This document shows, piece after piece, positions 1 through 9,231 of a DNA stretch of 64,000 bases. Made by a program: the position numbers and the translations under genes. Source of the DNA: a virus; the IMG/VR virus record IMGVR_UViG_3300035698_012504, positions 122,694 to 186,693 of that record; one strand, 5' to 3'. The notes below the pieces were generated by a model, which was not told the origin of the DNA, ran no database searches, and saw only the letters and a program-made list of their open reading frames with translations. Position 1 is the stretch's first letter; each line of letters begins with the position of its first letter.

Positions 1-569
1 TTAATTTTGACGATATAATAATAAATGGATGTTCAACGAGACCAACTAAAAAACAAATAATTATTTATGATAGAATATTGTCAGAAAATATGATGTTAAA
101 CCACAATAGATATTCTTTTGAAAAAAGAATAGGTAATGATATCATTAATTATTCAGATGAAATACTTTCAAAAATATTATGTGGAATTATTGACGGAGAT
201 GGTTCTTTTATCCCAGAAAAAAGTAGAACATATATTTCTATGGAATTAACATCTGTTAAATTAATTCAAGAAATTCATCATATTTTAAATAAATTTAATA
301 TTAATCATAATGTAACATTATCTACTGTTAAACCTCTTACTAGACATCAATCATATACTATGAAAATATATCCATCAATAGAAGATAAAGATATATTTAA
401 ATATAGTTATAAAATTGATTTAGAAATACTTCCTAAAAAGAATGAAAGAAAAAAATATGATTCTCTTATTAATTATTATAAAGATGTTTTTTGGGACAAT
501 AATGAATATGTATATGATTTAACAACAGAAACTGGGACACTATCAATTAATGGAATATTTTCACATAAT
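1..569 (+). mobile_element. LAGLIDADG-type intein (C-terminal portion; N-terminal splice junction lies upstream of the window)
   Basis: LAGLIDADG motif ILCGIIDGDGSFI. C-terminal splicing block VYDLTTETGTLSINGIFSHN followed by Thr at the +1 position. Inserted immediately before the TGG(L/V) motif of the RNAP trigger-loop region. Confidence 0.65.
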
Positions 570-1322
570 ACTGGTGGTGTATCTGAGCTGAAACGATATG
601 ATATAATTGAAGCAGTTATGAAAAACGTAGAAGAGGTGTTACGAGATAAAGTAACATCAAGATTAAAGCAAGTTGATAATACACTGATAGCAAAAGACGA
701 ATTTGTTAGACTTAGAATTCCGAGAAAGATATATAGAGATGAATATAGAATAGATATAGATGAGGAATATATTACTTTACCAAATGGATACTTCGATTTA
801 GTTATGGGAGATATTACAACTCCTGTTACAATCGAACAGGAGGTTAAGATATACCTTAAAGAAGGAGAGATGAGTAAGGATGAAGAATACATAGAAATAA
901 TCTTTCCTCCAGACTCCAAGTTAGTTGAAGTAGAACTCCAACAACAAGACCCAACTAAATTGGTTCAGAAAATGGATCAGATGGTTGGAGGAAAATCTCC
1001 ATGGACTACCCCAGTATCTCTCTTCATGAAGTTCTATGACATCTTAGGTCCAACTGGGTCATGGGATTCAGTACACTTAGAAGTAATTATATCTAATATA
1101 TTAAGAGCAAAAAAGGATCCGAAACAACCCGCTAGATTAAAGGTACCATTCGATCCAATTACATTCCCAATCAAAACTTTACCTTATGTAATTTCATGGC
1201 CGTTGGGGTTGGCCTTCGAAAATTTCGGAAAAGGGATCAGATATGGTTTAATATCTGACAGAGCGCCATCATCTAACATTGAAAAAGTATTGTTTGGTGA
1301 ACCATTAGTAGAAGAAAAATAA
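1..1322 (+). CDS. RNA polymerase beta-prime subunit, C-terminal fragment (5'-partial; intein plus trigger-loop/region G-H extein)
   Basis: Frame open from nt 3. After the intein end (..SHN/T at nt 569/570) the extein reads TGGVSELKRYDIIEA, resembling beta-prime DITGGLPRVAELFEAR. Later VHLEVIISNILRAKKD resembles region H RHIEVIVRQMLRK, and ISWPLGLAFENFGKGIRYG resembles SFISAASFQETTRVLTEAA. Stops at 1322. Confidence 0.6.
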   Translation, partial: NFDDIIINGCSTRPTKKQIIIYDRILSENMMLNHNRYSFEKRIGNDIINYSDEILSKILCGIIDGDGSFIPEKSRTYISMELTSVKLIQEIHHILNKFNINHNVTLSTVKPLTRHQSYTMKIYPSIEDKDIFKYSYKIDLEILPKKNERKKYDSLINYYKDVFWDNNEYVYDLTTETGTLSINGIFSHNTGGVSELKRYDIIEAVMKNVEEVLRDKVTSRLKQVDNTLIAKDEFVRLRIPRKIYRDEYRIDIDEEYITLPNGYFDLVMGDITTPVTIEQEVKIYLKEGEMSKDEEYIEIIFPPDSKLVEVELQQQDPTKLVQKMDQMVGGKSPWTTPVSLFMKFYDILGPTGSWDSVHLEVIISNILRAKKDPKQPARLKVPFDPITFPIKTLPYVISWPLGLAFENFGKGIRYGLISDRAPSSNIEKVLFGEPLVEEK

Positions 1323-1333
1323 AGAGAATCATA

Positions 1334-3079
1334 ATGTTTAGATGTGAAATATGTGATAGAGAATTTAAAGGAATAAGATCGTTAGGTGTCCACATTAAAA
1401 GAATACATATGATTGAAACATCTGAATATTATTTAAAATATATTAATTTTAATAATAAATGTAAAATTTGTTCTAAAGAAACCAATTTTATAAATCTATC
1501 TAAAGGATTTAGAAAATATTGTAGTGGGTCTTGTAGAAATAAAGATCCTTATTATCAAAATAAGATTAAAGATACTAATTTAAAAAAATATGGTTCGGTT
1601 TCCCATTTTAATAATAATAAAATTCGTGATAAAATAAAGAAAACAAACTTAAAAAGATATGGGGATGATAACGCATTTAAAAATAAAGAGATTCGTGAAA
1701 GACAGAAAAAAACCCTCATAGAAACCTATGGTGTGGACCATCAATCAAAAATACATTCTGTTAAAAAAATATTAAGTAAAAAATCCAAAGAAAATTATCC
1801 AAATTATATAGATCAGATTAAACAAACAAATTTAGAAAGATATGGAACAGAATATGCGATTGCTTCAGATGAATTAAAAGAAAAGATAAAAAAATCCAAT
1901 CTAAAAAAATATGGGGTAGATAATGTGTTCAAACTCAAATTTTTCCAAGATAAATCAAGAAAAACAATAAAAGAAAAATATGGTGTAGATCATATATCTC
2001 AAAGTGAAATAAGAAAGAAAACAATTTTTACGAATTACTACACCAAACTTTTAACAGCTGAAAAATTTACTTCGAAAATTCTTCCCCTTTTTAATTTAAA
2101 AGATTATGATGGTACTAATAATAAATATTCATGGAAATGTAATAAATGTGATAATGAATTTGAAGATCATTTAAACAATGGACATATACCTAGATGTAAA
2201 AAGTGTTATCCAATTTGGTCAGGATCCTCAAAACTTGAAAAAGAAGTTAGAGAATTTATTGAAACACTTAGCATTAATTTCACCTCTAATACTAGAAAAA
2301 TTATTTTTCCTTTTGAATTAGATGTTTATATTCCAGAAAAAAATATAGCTATAGAATTTAATGGATTATATTGGCATAGTGAATTAAATGGGAAAAATAA
2401 GAATTATCATCTAGATAAAAATTTGAAGTGTAAAGAAAAAGGAATTCAATTAATTCATATATTTGAAGATGAATGGATTAATAAACAAGAAATAGTTAAA
2501 TCTATTATTAAAAATAAATTGGGATTGACTGAGACAAAAATATACGCTAGAAAATGTTTAATAAAAAATATTAATAATAAAGAAGCAACTGATTTTTTGA
2601 ATGATAATCATGTACAGGGAAGAATAAATGGAAAACATGTTGGTCTATATTTTAAAGACGAGTTGGTATCCATTCTTACAATTGGAAAAACTAGATTTAA
2701 TAAAAAATACGAATATGAAATATTAAGATTTTGTAATAAAATTAATACGAATACTATCGGTGGGTTTAGTAAGTTGCTAAAATATGTTATTAAAAATCAT
2801 TCTATATGTTCTTTAATTACATATGCAGATATACGTTATAGTGATGGAAAGTTATATAACTCTTCCGGTTTTAATCAATTAAATAAATCTACACCAAACT
2901 ATTTTTACTTAGATAAAAACTATAATTCTAGATTGAGTAGAATTCAATTTCAAAAACATAAATTAAAAAATTTATTAGAATCATTTGATCCTAAGTTAAC
3001 TGAGTGGCAGAATATGCAACTCAATGGGTATGATCGTATTTGGGACTGTGGGAATTTAGTATATGAATATAACTTTTAA
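1334..3079 (+). CDS. free-standing homing-endonuclease-like protein (N-terminal C2H2-like zinc finger, tandem KYG(V/S)xN repeats, DUF559/Vsr-like PD-(D/E)XK nuclease domain)
   Basis: N-terminal CEICDREFKGIRSLGVHIKRIH. At least six repeats of the form NLK(K/R)YG..N....KI...I.K. Nuclease-like FPFELDVYIPEKNIAIEFNGLYWHSE...KNLKCKEKGIQLIHIFEDEW. Sits in the 12-22 nt gaps between the RNAP beta-prime C fragment and beta genes. Confidence 0.55.
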   Translation: MFRCEICDREFKGIRSLGVHIKRIHMIETSEYYLKYINFNNKCKICSKETNFINLSKGFRKYCSGSCRNKDPYYQNKIKDTNLKKYGSVSHFNNNKIRDKIKKTNLKRYGDDNAFKNKEIRERQKKTLIETYGVDHQSKIHSVKKILSKKSKENYPNYIDQIKQTNLERYGTEYAIASDELKEKIKKSNLKKYGVDNVFKLKFFQDKSRKTIKEKYGVDHISQSEIRKKTIFTNYYTKLLTAEKFTSKILPLFNLKDYDGTNNKYSWKCNKCDNEFEDHLNNGHIPRCKKCYPIWSGSSKLEKEVREFIETLSINFTSNTRKIIFPFELDVYIPEKNIAIEFNGLYWHSELNGKNKNYHLDKNLKCKEKGIQLIHIFEDEWINKQEIVKSIIKNKLGLTETKIYARKCLIKNINNKEATDFLNDNHVQGRINGKHVGLYFKDELVSILTIGKTRFNKKYEYEILRFCNKINTNTIGGFSKLLKYVIKNHSICSLITYADIRYSDGKLYNSSGFNQLNKSTPNYFYLDKNYNSRLSRIQFQKHKLKNLLESFDPKLTEWQNMQLNGYDRIWDCGNLVYEYNF

Positions 3080-3100
3080 CAATAAAAGGAAGGTTAATTA

Positions 3101-6100
3101 ATGCAATATGCCAGTATAAAACCATTCAAACCGGTTACGAGTATTATAATTCCGCCGAAGGGAATTAAAGGAAAAAATGTATGCTTAGCAGTTTTTCCAG
3201 AGAACGATTTGTTCTTTGACTTCTATAGATTAATGGGAATAAAACCTGCGTTTGTTAAGCACGTTCATGTTCCTATAGTTCAGAAGCCGGTTCGAATTAG
3301 GTTGACTCCTACATACAAAAAAATAATCAAGTCTCATAAGTTGTTCCCATCACAAGGGCACTTCGGAGATTATACAAAAGTATCAGACAAAAACTTTTAT
3401 CTTGATATGAGTATGTATATAGCAGCTCTACAAGCGAAGTTTAAAATTACTAGATATAACTCTGGAAGAGCATACGTATCAATTCAAAAATTAATATCTG
3501 CTTTAGATAGTGTACCTGCAGAATCACACGAAAGAGTTATATTATATGCTGTCAATATAGATAAACCAATACCTAAGAAACTTTTAAGCAGAAGGATATA
3601 TCCTGTATGGGCCATGCTGTTTCAATACATTAGTGGCCGAACAGAATCTCTCCCATTCGATAAACTATTACTATTTATATATGGACAAGACGAAAAAAGA
3701 TTTGTATTATTGTATGATAAAGATAAGAAAGTAAATCTAGCTAGAATTAAAAGCTATCTTAAGAAACTTAAATCACTAGATAAAGATGATGAAGAAGCTG
3801 TCGAATCTGAGATCACCTCACAAAAAACTGTAGAAAATCTAAACTCTACCACAACACTTACAAATGTAGAGAAAGACAACGTTCAGAAAACAGTAGATGA
3901 ATACCTAGAAGTTGATCCGTCTGCCAAAGAAGAACCTATTGGGAATATAGTAGCTGCTGCGATTGCATATAAGGTAACAGGTAGTATTGAAAAAGCAAAA
4001 TCTATTTCTAAAAAGGCAACATCAACTGATAAAGAAAAAATAATACAAAACTATGCTAAAGATCTTATACCAAAACAAAAAGCCTATCCACAGATTAGAT
4101 CTGCTATGGTTAAGATGGCAAGTCCAGCAGATATAATAGATAATCAAGTTCCTACTCACCTCCTTGAGAAAAGAAAGAGAGACTTTGCTGAGAATTTAGT
4201 TGAGGATTTAACTGATGCATTCAAGGTCTTAGAAAATAAAGATATGCCTCTGAAGGTTAAAGATATAGAAGTTAAAACTATGAAGTCTCCTCCCAGTGAT
4301 CTAACCCCTACAATCAAGGATAGATATACCGTGACTATGACTGATGATAAAGGAGTAGACCAGACTGTATATATGGATCTCCCTCACCTTACAGAGAACG
4401 GAACGTTTATGATATATGGTCAGGAGAATGTATTAATCAATCAGATTATACCTTATCCTATATTCTTTCTAAAACCATACCTTGGTAGGTTTGAATCATC
4501 TTACTCTACTGTAGCAATATATAGCAAGAGACTTAAAAGAACTTCTTATTTAATGATTCATATAGGTAACTATAAAATTCCATTGACTATGTTCATGGCA
4601 TATAAATATGGATTAAAACAATGTCTAAATCTATTTGGAATGAAATATACTCTTACTGATAAAAAAGATGGAGAGAATTCTCTAAAGTTACATGATGGAA
4701 CATTCATTAATTTTACATTCGAAGATGATATACTTGGACCAGAGGTAATTGAATCATTTAGATTTGCTCTTCCTAGTATTCCAGAAGGAGAAGATATAGA
4801 ATCTTCTGAGACATGGCAACACGGACTGGAATCATATACAGATAATAGAAACTGTGTTGATACTATGGATCAGATATGGGCAAATATTGTGACCCCTATA
4901 GAGATTAAAATTCTTAAATCAAAAGGGGATCCTACTAATATAAGAGACATAATTATATTCATAGCTAAGGAAGTTGTTCGTGGTCGAGTAGATGATAGAA
5001 ATGGTTGTGATAAACTCAGAATAAGATCGTCTGAATTGTTTGTGGCATTAGCACAGAAGCAGGTACTGATGGCATACAATGAGTATATGAGTAAGAGAGC
5101 GGGTGGAGATACAACTGCTACTCTATATATAAATCCTACGTCTGTGTTCACTGATGTTATAACCTCTCAGAACGTTGCTATATTAGAAAATATAAATCCC
5201 GTTGAAGAGTTATCAACAATGACAAGAATATCCCCTGTTGGTATTGGTGGTGTTCCTAAGTCGGAAGCATTTCCAAGACAGGCTATGAACGTCCACCCAA
5301 CATACTTCGGATGTATAGATCCTTTAGATACACCAAACGGGCCAGGGGTTGGATTCCAGCAGCATCTGACAGTCGGTGCGACAATAAGTAATGTCAGAGG
5401 TCAGATGATTGTTAAGGATAGAAAGAATGTTAAAGCCACGGAAATATTAAGTGTCAGTCCAGCGTTAATACCATTTGTAGAATCGAATGAAGGTGCTAGA
5501 GTTACTATGGCTGCCGGTCAGCAGAAACAGGCAGTGCCTATTAAATTCCCAGAGAACCCTGCGGTTCAAACAGGATACGAAGCATGTCTCACCCCACTTC
5601 TATCAGATAGCTTTATTAAGAAGAGCCCAGTGGACGGAGAGATTGTAGATATAAAGGATGGATTTATTTTAGTACTTGATAAAAGTGGAAAGACTCATGT
5701 AGTTGGTACTCGTCCAGCTAACCTTAAGAGTGGTGGCGGTCAGGATGGGCTAAGTGTATTTCATCCAACTGTTAAACTAAAACAGAAGGTTAAAGAAGGA
5801 ACTATCATAGCAGAAGGGGCCAATGTTAAGGACGGATTAATATCTAATGGTGTTAATATGTTGACTGGAATGATGCCATGGAAAGGATATAATTTTGAGG
5901 ATGGTATGGTGATAAGTGAGTCAGCAGCGGCGAAATTCATATCTGTTCACGCAGAACATAACGAAGCACTCGTCACCCCAGAAGAAGATATATCATTCAT
6001 ACAAAGCATCGGAAACACAATTAGAAAAGGAGACATCCTCCTGACATATTCAACAGCAATATATGATGTACAGGCAAACAAACATATACGAGCAGAGAAC

Positions 6101-7144
6101 GGACGTGTAACAGACATAGAAGTATATTCTAATGTACCTGAAGATGCTATACCAGAAAAGCTATTACCAGCATATGAACGATTTAGAGATCAATATAAAA
6201 CATTGCATGGTAAATATCCTATAGGACACTTCAGAGAGAAGGGTGAGAAGTTTGAAGGGATTAAAGTAAAATTTATTATTGCACAAGAGCTTAGTATATT
6301 TAAAGGAGATAAACTTAATAATCGTCACTTCAACAAGGGAGTTGTTGCTATCATTGAGAAGGATGAAAATATGCCTGAGACTCCTTGGGGTGATAAATTG
6401 GAGATGTTATATAATCCATTAAGTATTTTAAATAGAATGATTACTGGTCAGTTATTAGAAATGGCAACTGGATTAGTAGCTAAAAGAATTGCAGATCTAA
6501 TGGAAGAACTACCAAGAAAGAGATTCGAAGTAATATATCATAAGATACTTGTACTAATGGATGGAACTAAAGGAAAGACATATAGTAAACGGGTACATCA
6601 AAAGATGTCAGCATTATCTGATCCAGCATATGAAACAATTAGAAAACAAGTTATAAAGAATGGATTCGTTCCAATTATATGTGCTCCATTTAAGAGTCCA
6701 GATAGAAAAGCAATTGAGGTAGCTCTGAAGTTAGTTGGTAGATCGGCTAGAACTAAATTAAAGATAGCTCATTTAGGTGTGACAACAGAACCAGTAGCAG
6801 TAGGATATGTTTATGTTAACAAGCTTGAGCATATGTCAGAGAAGAAGATCCACTCCAGAGGAACAGGCGGATATAATTCAATAACATTTCAACCAACTGC
6901 AGGTAAAAGGAAAGGTGGTGGTCAGAAGTTAGGTGAGTATGATATGTATTCTTTATTAGGATGGAATTGTCCCACTCTAATTGATGAGTTCTTTGGACCA
7001 CTTAGTGCCGATCATGCTACAAAGAACCAGATGGTATCTGAAATACATCAAACTGGATCTACAGAATTTAAGACTCCTGTTCATAATCCAGTTAAAGATC
7101 TATTCTCTCAGATGATGACAGCCATACACTTGGAGTCTGAATAA
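3101..7144 (+). CDS. multisubunit RNA polymerase beta subunit (full length, set 1)
   Basis: LPHLTENGTFMIYGQENVLINQIIPYPIFF (beta region D: GTFxINGxERV). GQQKQAVPI. FKGDKLNNRHFNKGVVAIIEKDENMP (GDKxxxRHGNKGV). HSRGTGGYNSITFQPTAGKRKGGGQKLGEYDMYSLLGW (GGQRFGEMEVWALEAYG). Confidence 0.9.
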   Translation: MQYASIKPFKPVTSIIIPPKGIKGKNVCLAVFPENDLFFDFYRLMGIKPAFVKHVHVPIVQKPVRIRLTPTYKKIIKSHKLFPSQGHFGDYTKVSDKNFYLDMSMYIAALQAKFKITRYNSGRAYVSIQKLISALDSVPAESHERVILYAVNIDKPIPKKLLSRRIYPVWAMLFQYISGRTESLPFDKLLLFIYGQDEKRFVLLYDKDKKVNLARIKSYLKKLKSLDKDDEEAVESEITSQKTVENLNSTTTLTNVEKDNVQKTVDEYLEVDPSAKEEPIGNIVAAAIAYKVTGSIEKAKSISKKATSTDKEKIIQNYAKDLIPKQKAYPQIRSAMVKMASPADIIDNQVPTHLLEKRKRDFAENLVEDLTDAFKVLENKDMPLKVKDIEVKTMKSPPSDLTPTIKDRYTVTMTDDKGVDQTVYMDLPHLTENGTFMIYGQENVLINQIIPYPIFFLKPYLGRFESSYSTVAIYSKRLKRTSYLMIHIGNYKIPLTMFMAYKYGLKQCLNLFGMKYTLTDKKDGENSLKLHDGTFINFTFEDDILGPEVIESFRFALPSIPEGEDIESSETWQHGLESYTDNRNCVDTMDQIWANIVTPIEIKILKSKGDPTNIRDIIIFIAKEVVRGRVDDRNGCDKLRIRSSELFVALAQKQVLMAYNEYMSKRAGGDTTATLYINPTSVFTDVITSQNVAILENINPVEELSTMTRISPVGIGGVPKSEAFPRQAMNVHPTYFGCIDPLDTPNGPGVGFQQHLTVGATISNVRGQMIVKDRKNVKATEILSVSPALIPFVESNEGARVTMAAGQQKQAVPIKFPENPAVQTGYEACLTPLLSDSFIKKSPVDGEIVDIKDGFILVLDKSGKTHVVGTRPANLKSGGGQDGLSVFHPTVKLKQKVKEGTIIAEGANVKDGLISNGVNMLTGMMPWKGYNFEDGMVISESAAAKFISVHAEHNEALVTPEEDISFIQSIGNTIRKGDILLTYSTAIYDVQANKHIRAENGRVTDIEVYSNVPEDAIPEKLLPAYERFRDQYKTLHGKYPIGHFREKGEKFEGIKVKFIIAQELSIFKGDKLNNRHFNKGVVAIIEKDENMPETPWGDKLEMLYNPLSILNRMITGQLLEMATGLVAKRIADLMEELPRKRFEVIYHKILVLMDGTKGKTYSKRVHQKMSALSDPAYETIRKQVIKNGFVPIICAPFKSPDRKAIEVALKLVGRSARTKLKIAHLGVTTEPVAVGYVYVNKLEHMSEKKIHSRGTGGYNSITFQPTAGKRKGGGQKLGEYDMYSLLGWNCPTLIDEFFGPLSADHATKNQMVSEIHQTGSTEFKTPVHNPVKDLFSQMMTAIHLESE

Positions 7145-8097
7145 TGAATAAACTAGAATTTTTGGAGGAGGCTATGTTCGGAGTTGGTAAGAAGAATGCT
7201 CCTACATTTATATATACTATATTAAATGGTAAACCACCGTACCCTCCTCTTGTAGGACAAACATCAGATCATAGACAAAAAATTTGGAATAGAATCGCAG
7301 TTGATTTTAACATTCCAGATAAGGCTCTTAATAATTTATTAAAAATAAAAGAAATAGAGATGAGAGCATCATGCGAAGGCCACTCAGAAGAGAGACCAAC
7401 ATTTCTTATTATAAGATTAAAGGATCAAAGAGAAGAATATATTAAAACATTTGTAGAAGCGTTAAATAAAGAAAAAGATATCGTAGCAGGATATGGTCTT
7501 GGAAATAAAGGATTCTATAGAGTCGGAATTACTATTGAGATATGGCATGATAAAGATCCTATTAGATTTAAAAAATGGTGGTTAGCATTACCAAAGAAAA
7601 TAAATAATGCATTTAAGTCTTCATATGTATCAGAGAGCTGTTACATTCAAGAAGTATCATCTAATCCTCTACAAGGAGTTGTAGGCCCATTCAGTGTAGG
7701 AACACACCAACTAACCGGTCTTCAGATGTGGACGCTTGGGAGCATGTTTAAGCCCTTCAGAAAGAACGTAGGTGATGCTGCCTGGTTGATCATAGCTAAA
7801 CCAAAAAATATTGAGAAGGTAGGTGGAGAATCTAAAATAAAAGTATTCTTTGGAAAGGTATTATTTGGAGACGCTCATAAAATTTATAGAAATATAAAGG
7901 AGTGGGAGACTGGAACGGCACTATATGGTATATGGGATACTACTAAAACAAAACGCCAAGGTGGGTTTGTTAAGAAGATAGAAGGTATAGATTCTATACA
8001 TACAAAGGCAGAATTTATAATTGAATTTGACTCCGGATTATTAAATAGTCCAGCGATTTCATCCCACATTAGTGGGAAGATAAGGAGAAATAAATAA
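7144..8097 (+). CDS. hypothetical protein (possibly an RNAP-associated subunit by position)
   Basis: 317-aa ORF starting at the stop of the beta gene (ATGA overlap). No recognisable motif. Confidence 0.4.
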   Translation: MNKLEFLEEAMFGVGKKNAPTFIYTILNGKPPYPPLVGQTSDHRQKIWNRIAVDFNIPDKALNNLLKIKEIEMRASCEGHSEERPTFLIIRLKDQREEYIKTFVEALNKEKDIVAGYGLGNKGFYRVGITIEIWHDKDPIRFKKWWLALPKKINNAFKSSYVSESCYIQEVSSNPLQGVVGPFSVGTHQLTGLQMWTLGSMFKPFRKNVGDAAWLIIAKPKNIEKVGGESKIKVFFGKVLFGDAHKIYRNIKEWETGTALYGIWDTTKTKRQGGFVKKIEGIDSIHTKAEFIIEFDSGLLNSPAISSHISGKIRRNK

Positions 8098-8646
8098 ATG
8101 GATTTAACAGATGATAAAACATTGGGAAGACTTTATCTTGATAAGGATGAACCTAGTATAACCCAAGAACAGATAAATGAACGACTGCTATATTTCCATT
8201 CTCAAAATGTGTTATTGGATGCTGCAAAACATCCGATGTCTAAATATGATATAGAATTTAATTATGATATTTTGGAGATAGATGATCAGGAATTTTGGAC
8301 ACATCTAATGGTGGAGTTAGCTAAGATTTATTCTTTGAATAATCTTAAAATGTTTTTGTCTCCATCGTTTACAATTTCAGAAATTCCTAACTCAGAAAAA
8401 CCGGAATCAATTAATTTGCCGGTCAATATTAAGAGGCTTTTTAAATGCCTAAAAGTTGATGTTCCAGACGCTATGAATGAGGGAAAAATTAGCAGCATAA
8501 CTACTCGTCAGGAGCTAGAAGAACTTACTATAAAAGAGGGATATTGCAGGCTGTTTTCATGGTCAATTTATAACTTAGATAAGGAGAATTACGTCAAGTT
8601 TTTACGTGAAATTTTACGTCAAAAAGACCTTGACTTTCCTGACTAA
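8098..8646 (+). CDS. hypothetical protein
   Basis: 182-aa ORF immediately following the previous gene (TAAATG junction). No motif recognised. Confidence 0.4.
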   Translation: MDLTDDKTLGRLYLDKDEPSITQEQINERLLYFHSQNVLLDAAKHPMSKYDIEFNYDILEIDDQEFWTHLMVELAKIYSLNNLKMFLSPSFTISEIPNSEKPESINLPVNIKRLFKCLKVDVPDAMNEGKISSITTRQELEELTIKEGYCRLFSWSIYNLDKENYVKFLREILRQKDLDFPD

Positions 8647-8692
8647 AACGGTTAAAAAACGACCAAAAATAGCCATTTTCTAGGGTTTTACT

Positions 8693-8716
8693 ATATATAT
8701 TAATTAGTGAGAAGGA
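8693..8716 (+). promoter_or_regulatory. copy 1 of conserved promoter-like motif TATATATTAATTAGTGAGAAGG
   Basis: One of four near-identical AT-rich motifs (consensus TATATATTAAATAGTGA) found only in intergenic regions upstream of small GC-rich genes. Contains TATATTA, reminiscent of phiKZ-type early promoters. Confidence 0.45.
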
Positions 8717-8798
8717 CAGGTTCAACCGTGTTTTACCAGTCTTTCTCCTCTCTTACCGGTACGTACTGGTGAGGGAGAAGCTGAGTTGGGTTTCCCGT

Positions 8799-8810
8799 CT
8801 AATAAAGAAT
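8799..8810. repeat. 12-bp direct repeat CTAATAAAGAAT (left copy) flanking the GC-rich cassette
   Basis: An identical 12-mer recurs at 9179-9190. The two copies bracket a roughly 370-bp segment of anomalously high GC. Confidence 0.4.
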
Positions 8811-8856
8811 TTTAATTGGGCGTGTTACCTACACTACACACATGAGGAGCAGGATT

Positions 8857-9081
8857 ATGGATCTCTTTGGAGCAATCGGAACGGCAATGGAAATCGTAGA
8901 AGAAGGTGCGGAGGTCGCTGAAGGACTCTCACCATTGGCCCTCGGTGGAATCGTCGCAGCCAGTGCCGTCGCCGGTGGCATCACCGTGGCAGCGATCACC
9001 CACACCATGGGCAAGGGCGGCACGGAGGGCAAGAAGAAGAAGAGCAAGAAGGAAAAGGCAGCCGCCCCCGCCACCGCCTAG
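8857..9081 (+). CDS. small GC-rich membrane protein (hydrophobic Ala/Gly-rich helix plus Lys-rich tail)
   Basis: SD GAGGAG 8 nt upstream of ATG 8857. MDLFGAIG...LALGGIVAASAVAGGITVAAI...KKKKSKKEKAAAPATA. Codon usage is GC-rich, unlike the rest of the window. Bracketed by the promoter motif and a strong hairpin. Confidence 0.45.
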   Translation: MDLFGAIGTAMEIVEEGAEVAEGLSPLALGGIVAASAVAGGITVAAITHTMGKGGTEGKKKKSKKEKAAAPATA

Positions 9082-9130
9082 TTACAACAGTCTTAACGAC
9101 ACGCGCCGAGCTGGCGGAGTCGCAGAGGTA

Positions 9131-9173
9131 GAGACGCGATCACTGGAGAGAAATCTCCTGGTGGTCGCGTCTC
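9131..9173 (+). terminator. strong 13-bp-stem hairpin (terminator-like, no U tract)
   Basis: GAGACGCGATCAC...GTGGTCGCGTCTC inverted repeat with a 17-nt loop, directly after the small GC-rich gene. Confidence 0.4.
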
Positions 9174-9178
9174 ATACC

Positions 9179-9190
9179 CTAATAAAGAAT
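9179..9190. repeat. 12-bp direct repeat CTAATAAAGAAT (right copy)
   Basis: Identical to 8799-8810. Confidence 0.4.
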
Positions 9191-9231
9191 CAAAATATTT
9201 TTGTTTTAAAATAAAAAGGAGAACGTGTATT

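Noticed and set aside
3080-3100. Possibility that the HEG at 1334-3079 lies in a group I intron splitting a single RNAP gene
   Set aside because: The flanking ORFs are different subunits (beta-prime C-terminus, then beta N-terminus), each with its own stop or start and SD. The HEG has its own start 12 nt after the upstream stop, so it is free-standing rather than intron-encoded.
8829-9214. Overlapping ORFs 8829-9074 (-) and 8906-9214 (+) in the GC-rich cassette
   Set aside because: Artefacts of high local GC, where stop codons are rare. Only the 8857-9081 frame has a proper SD and a protein-like hydrophobic/basic pattern.
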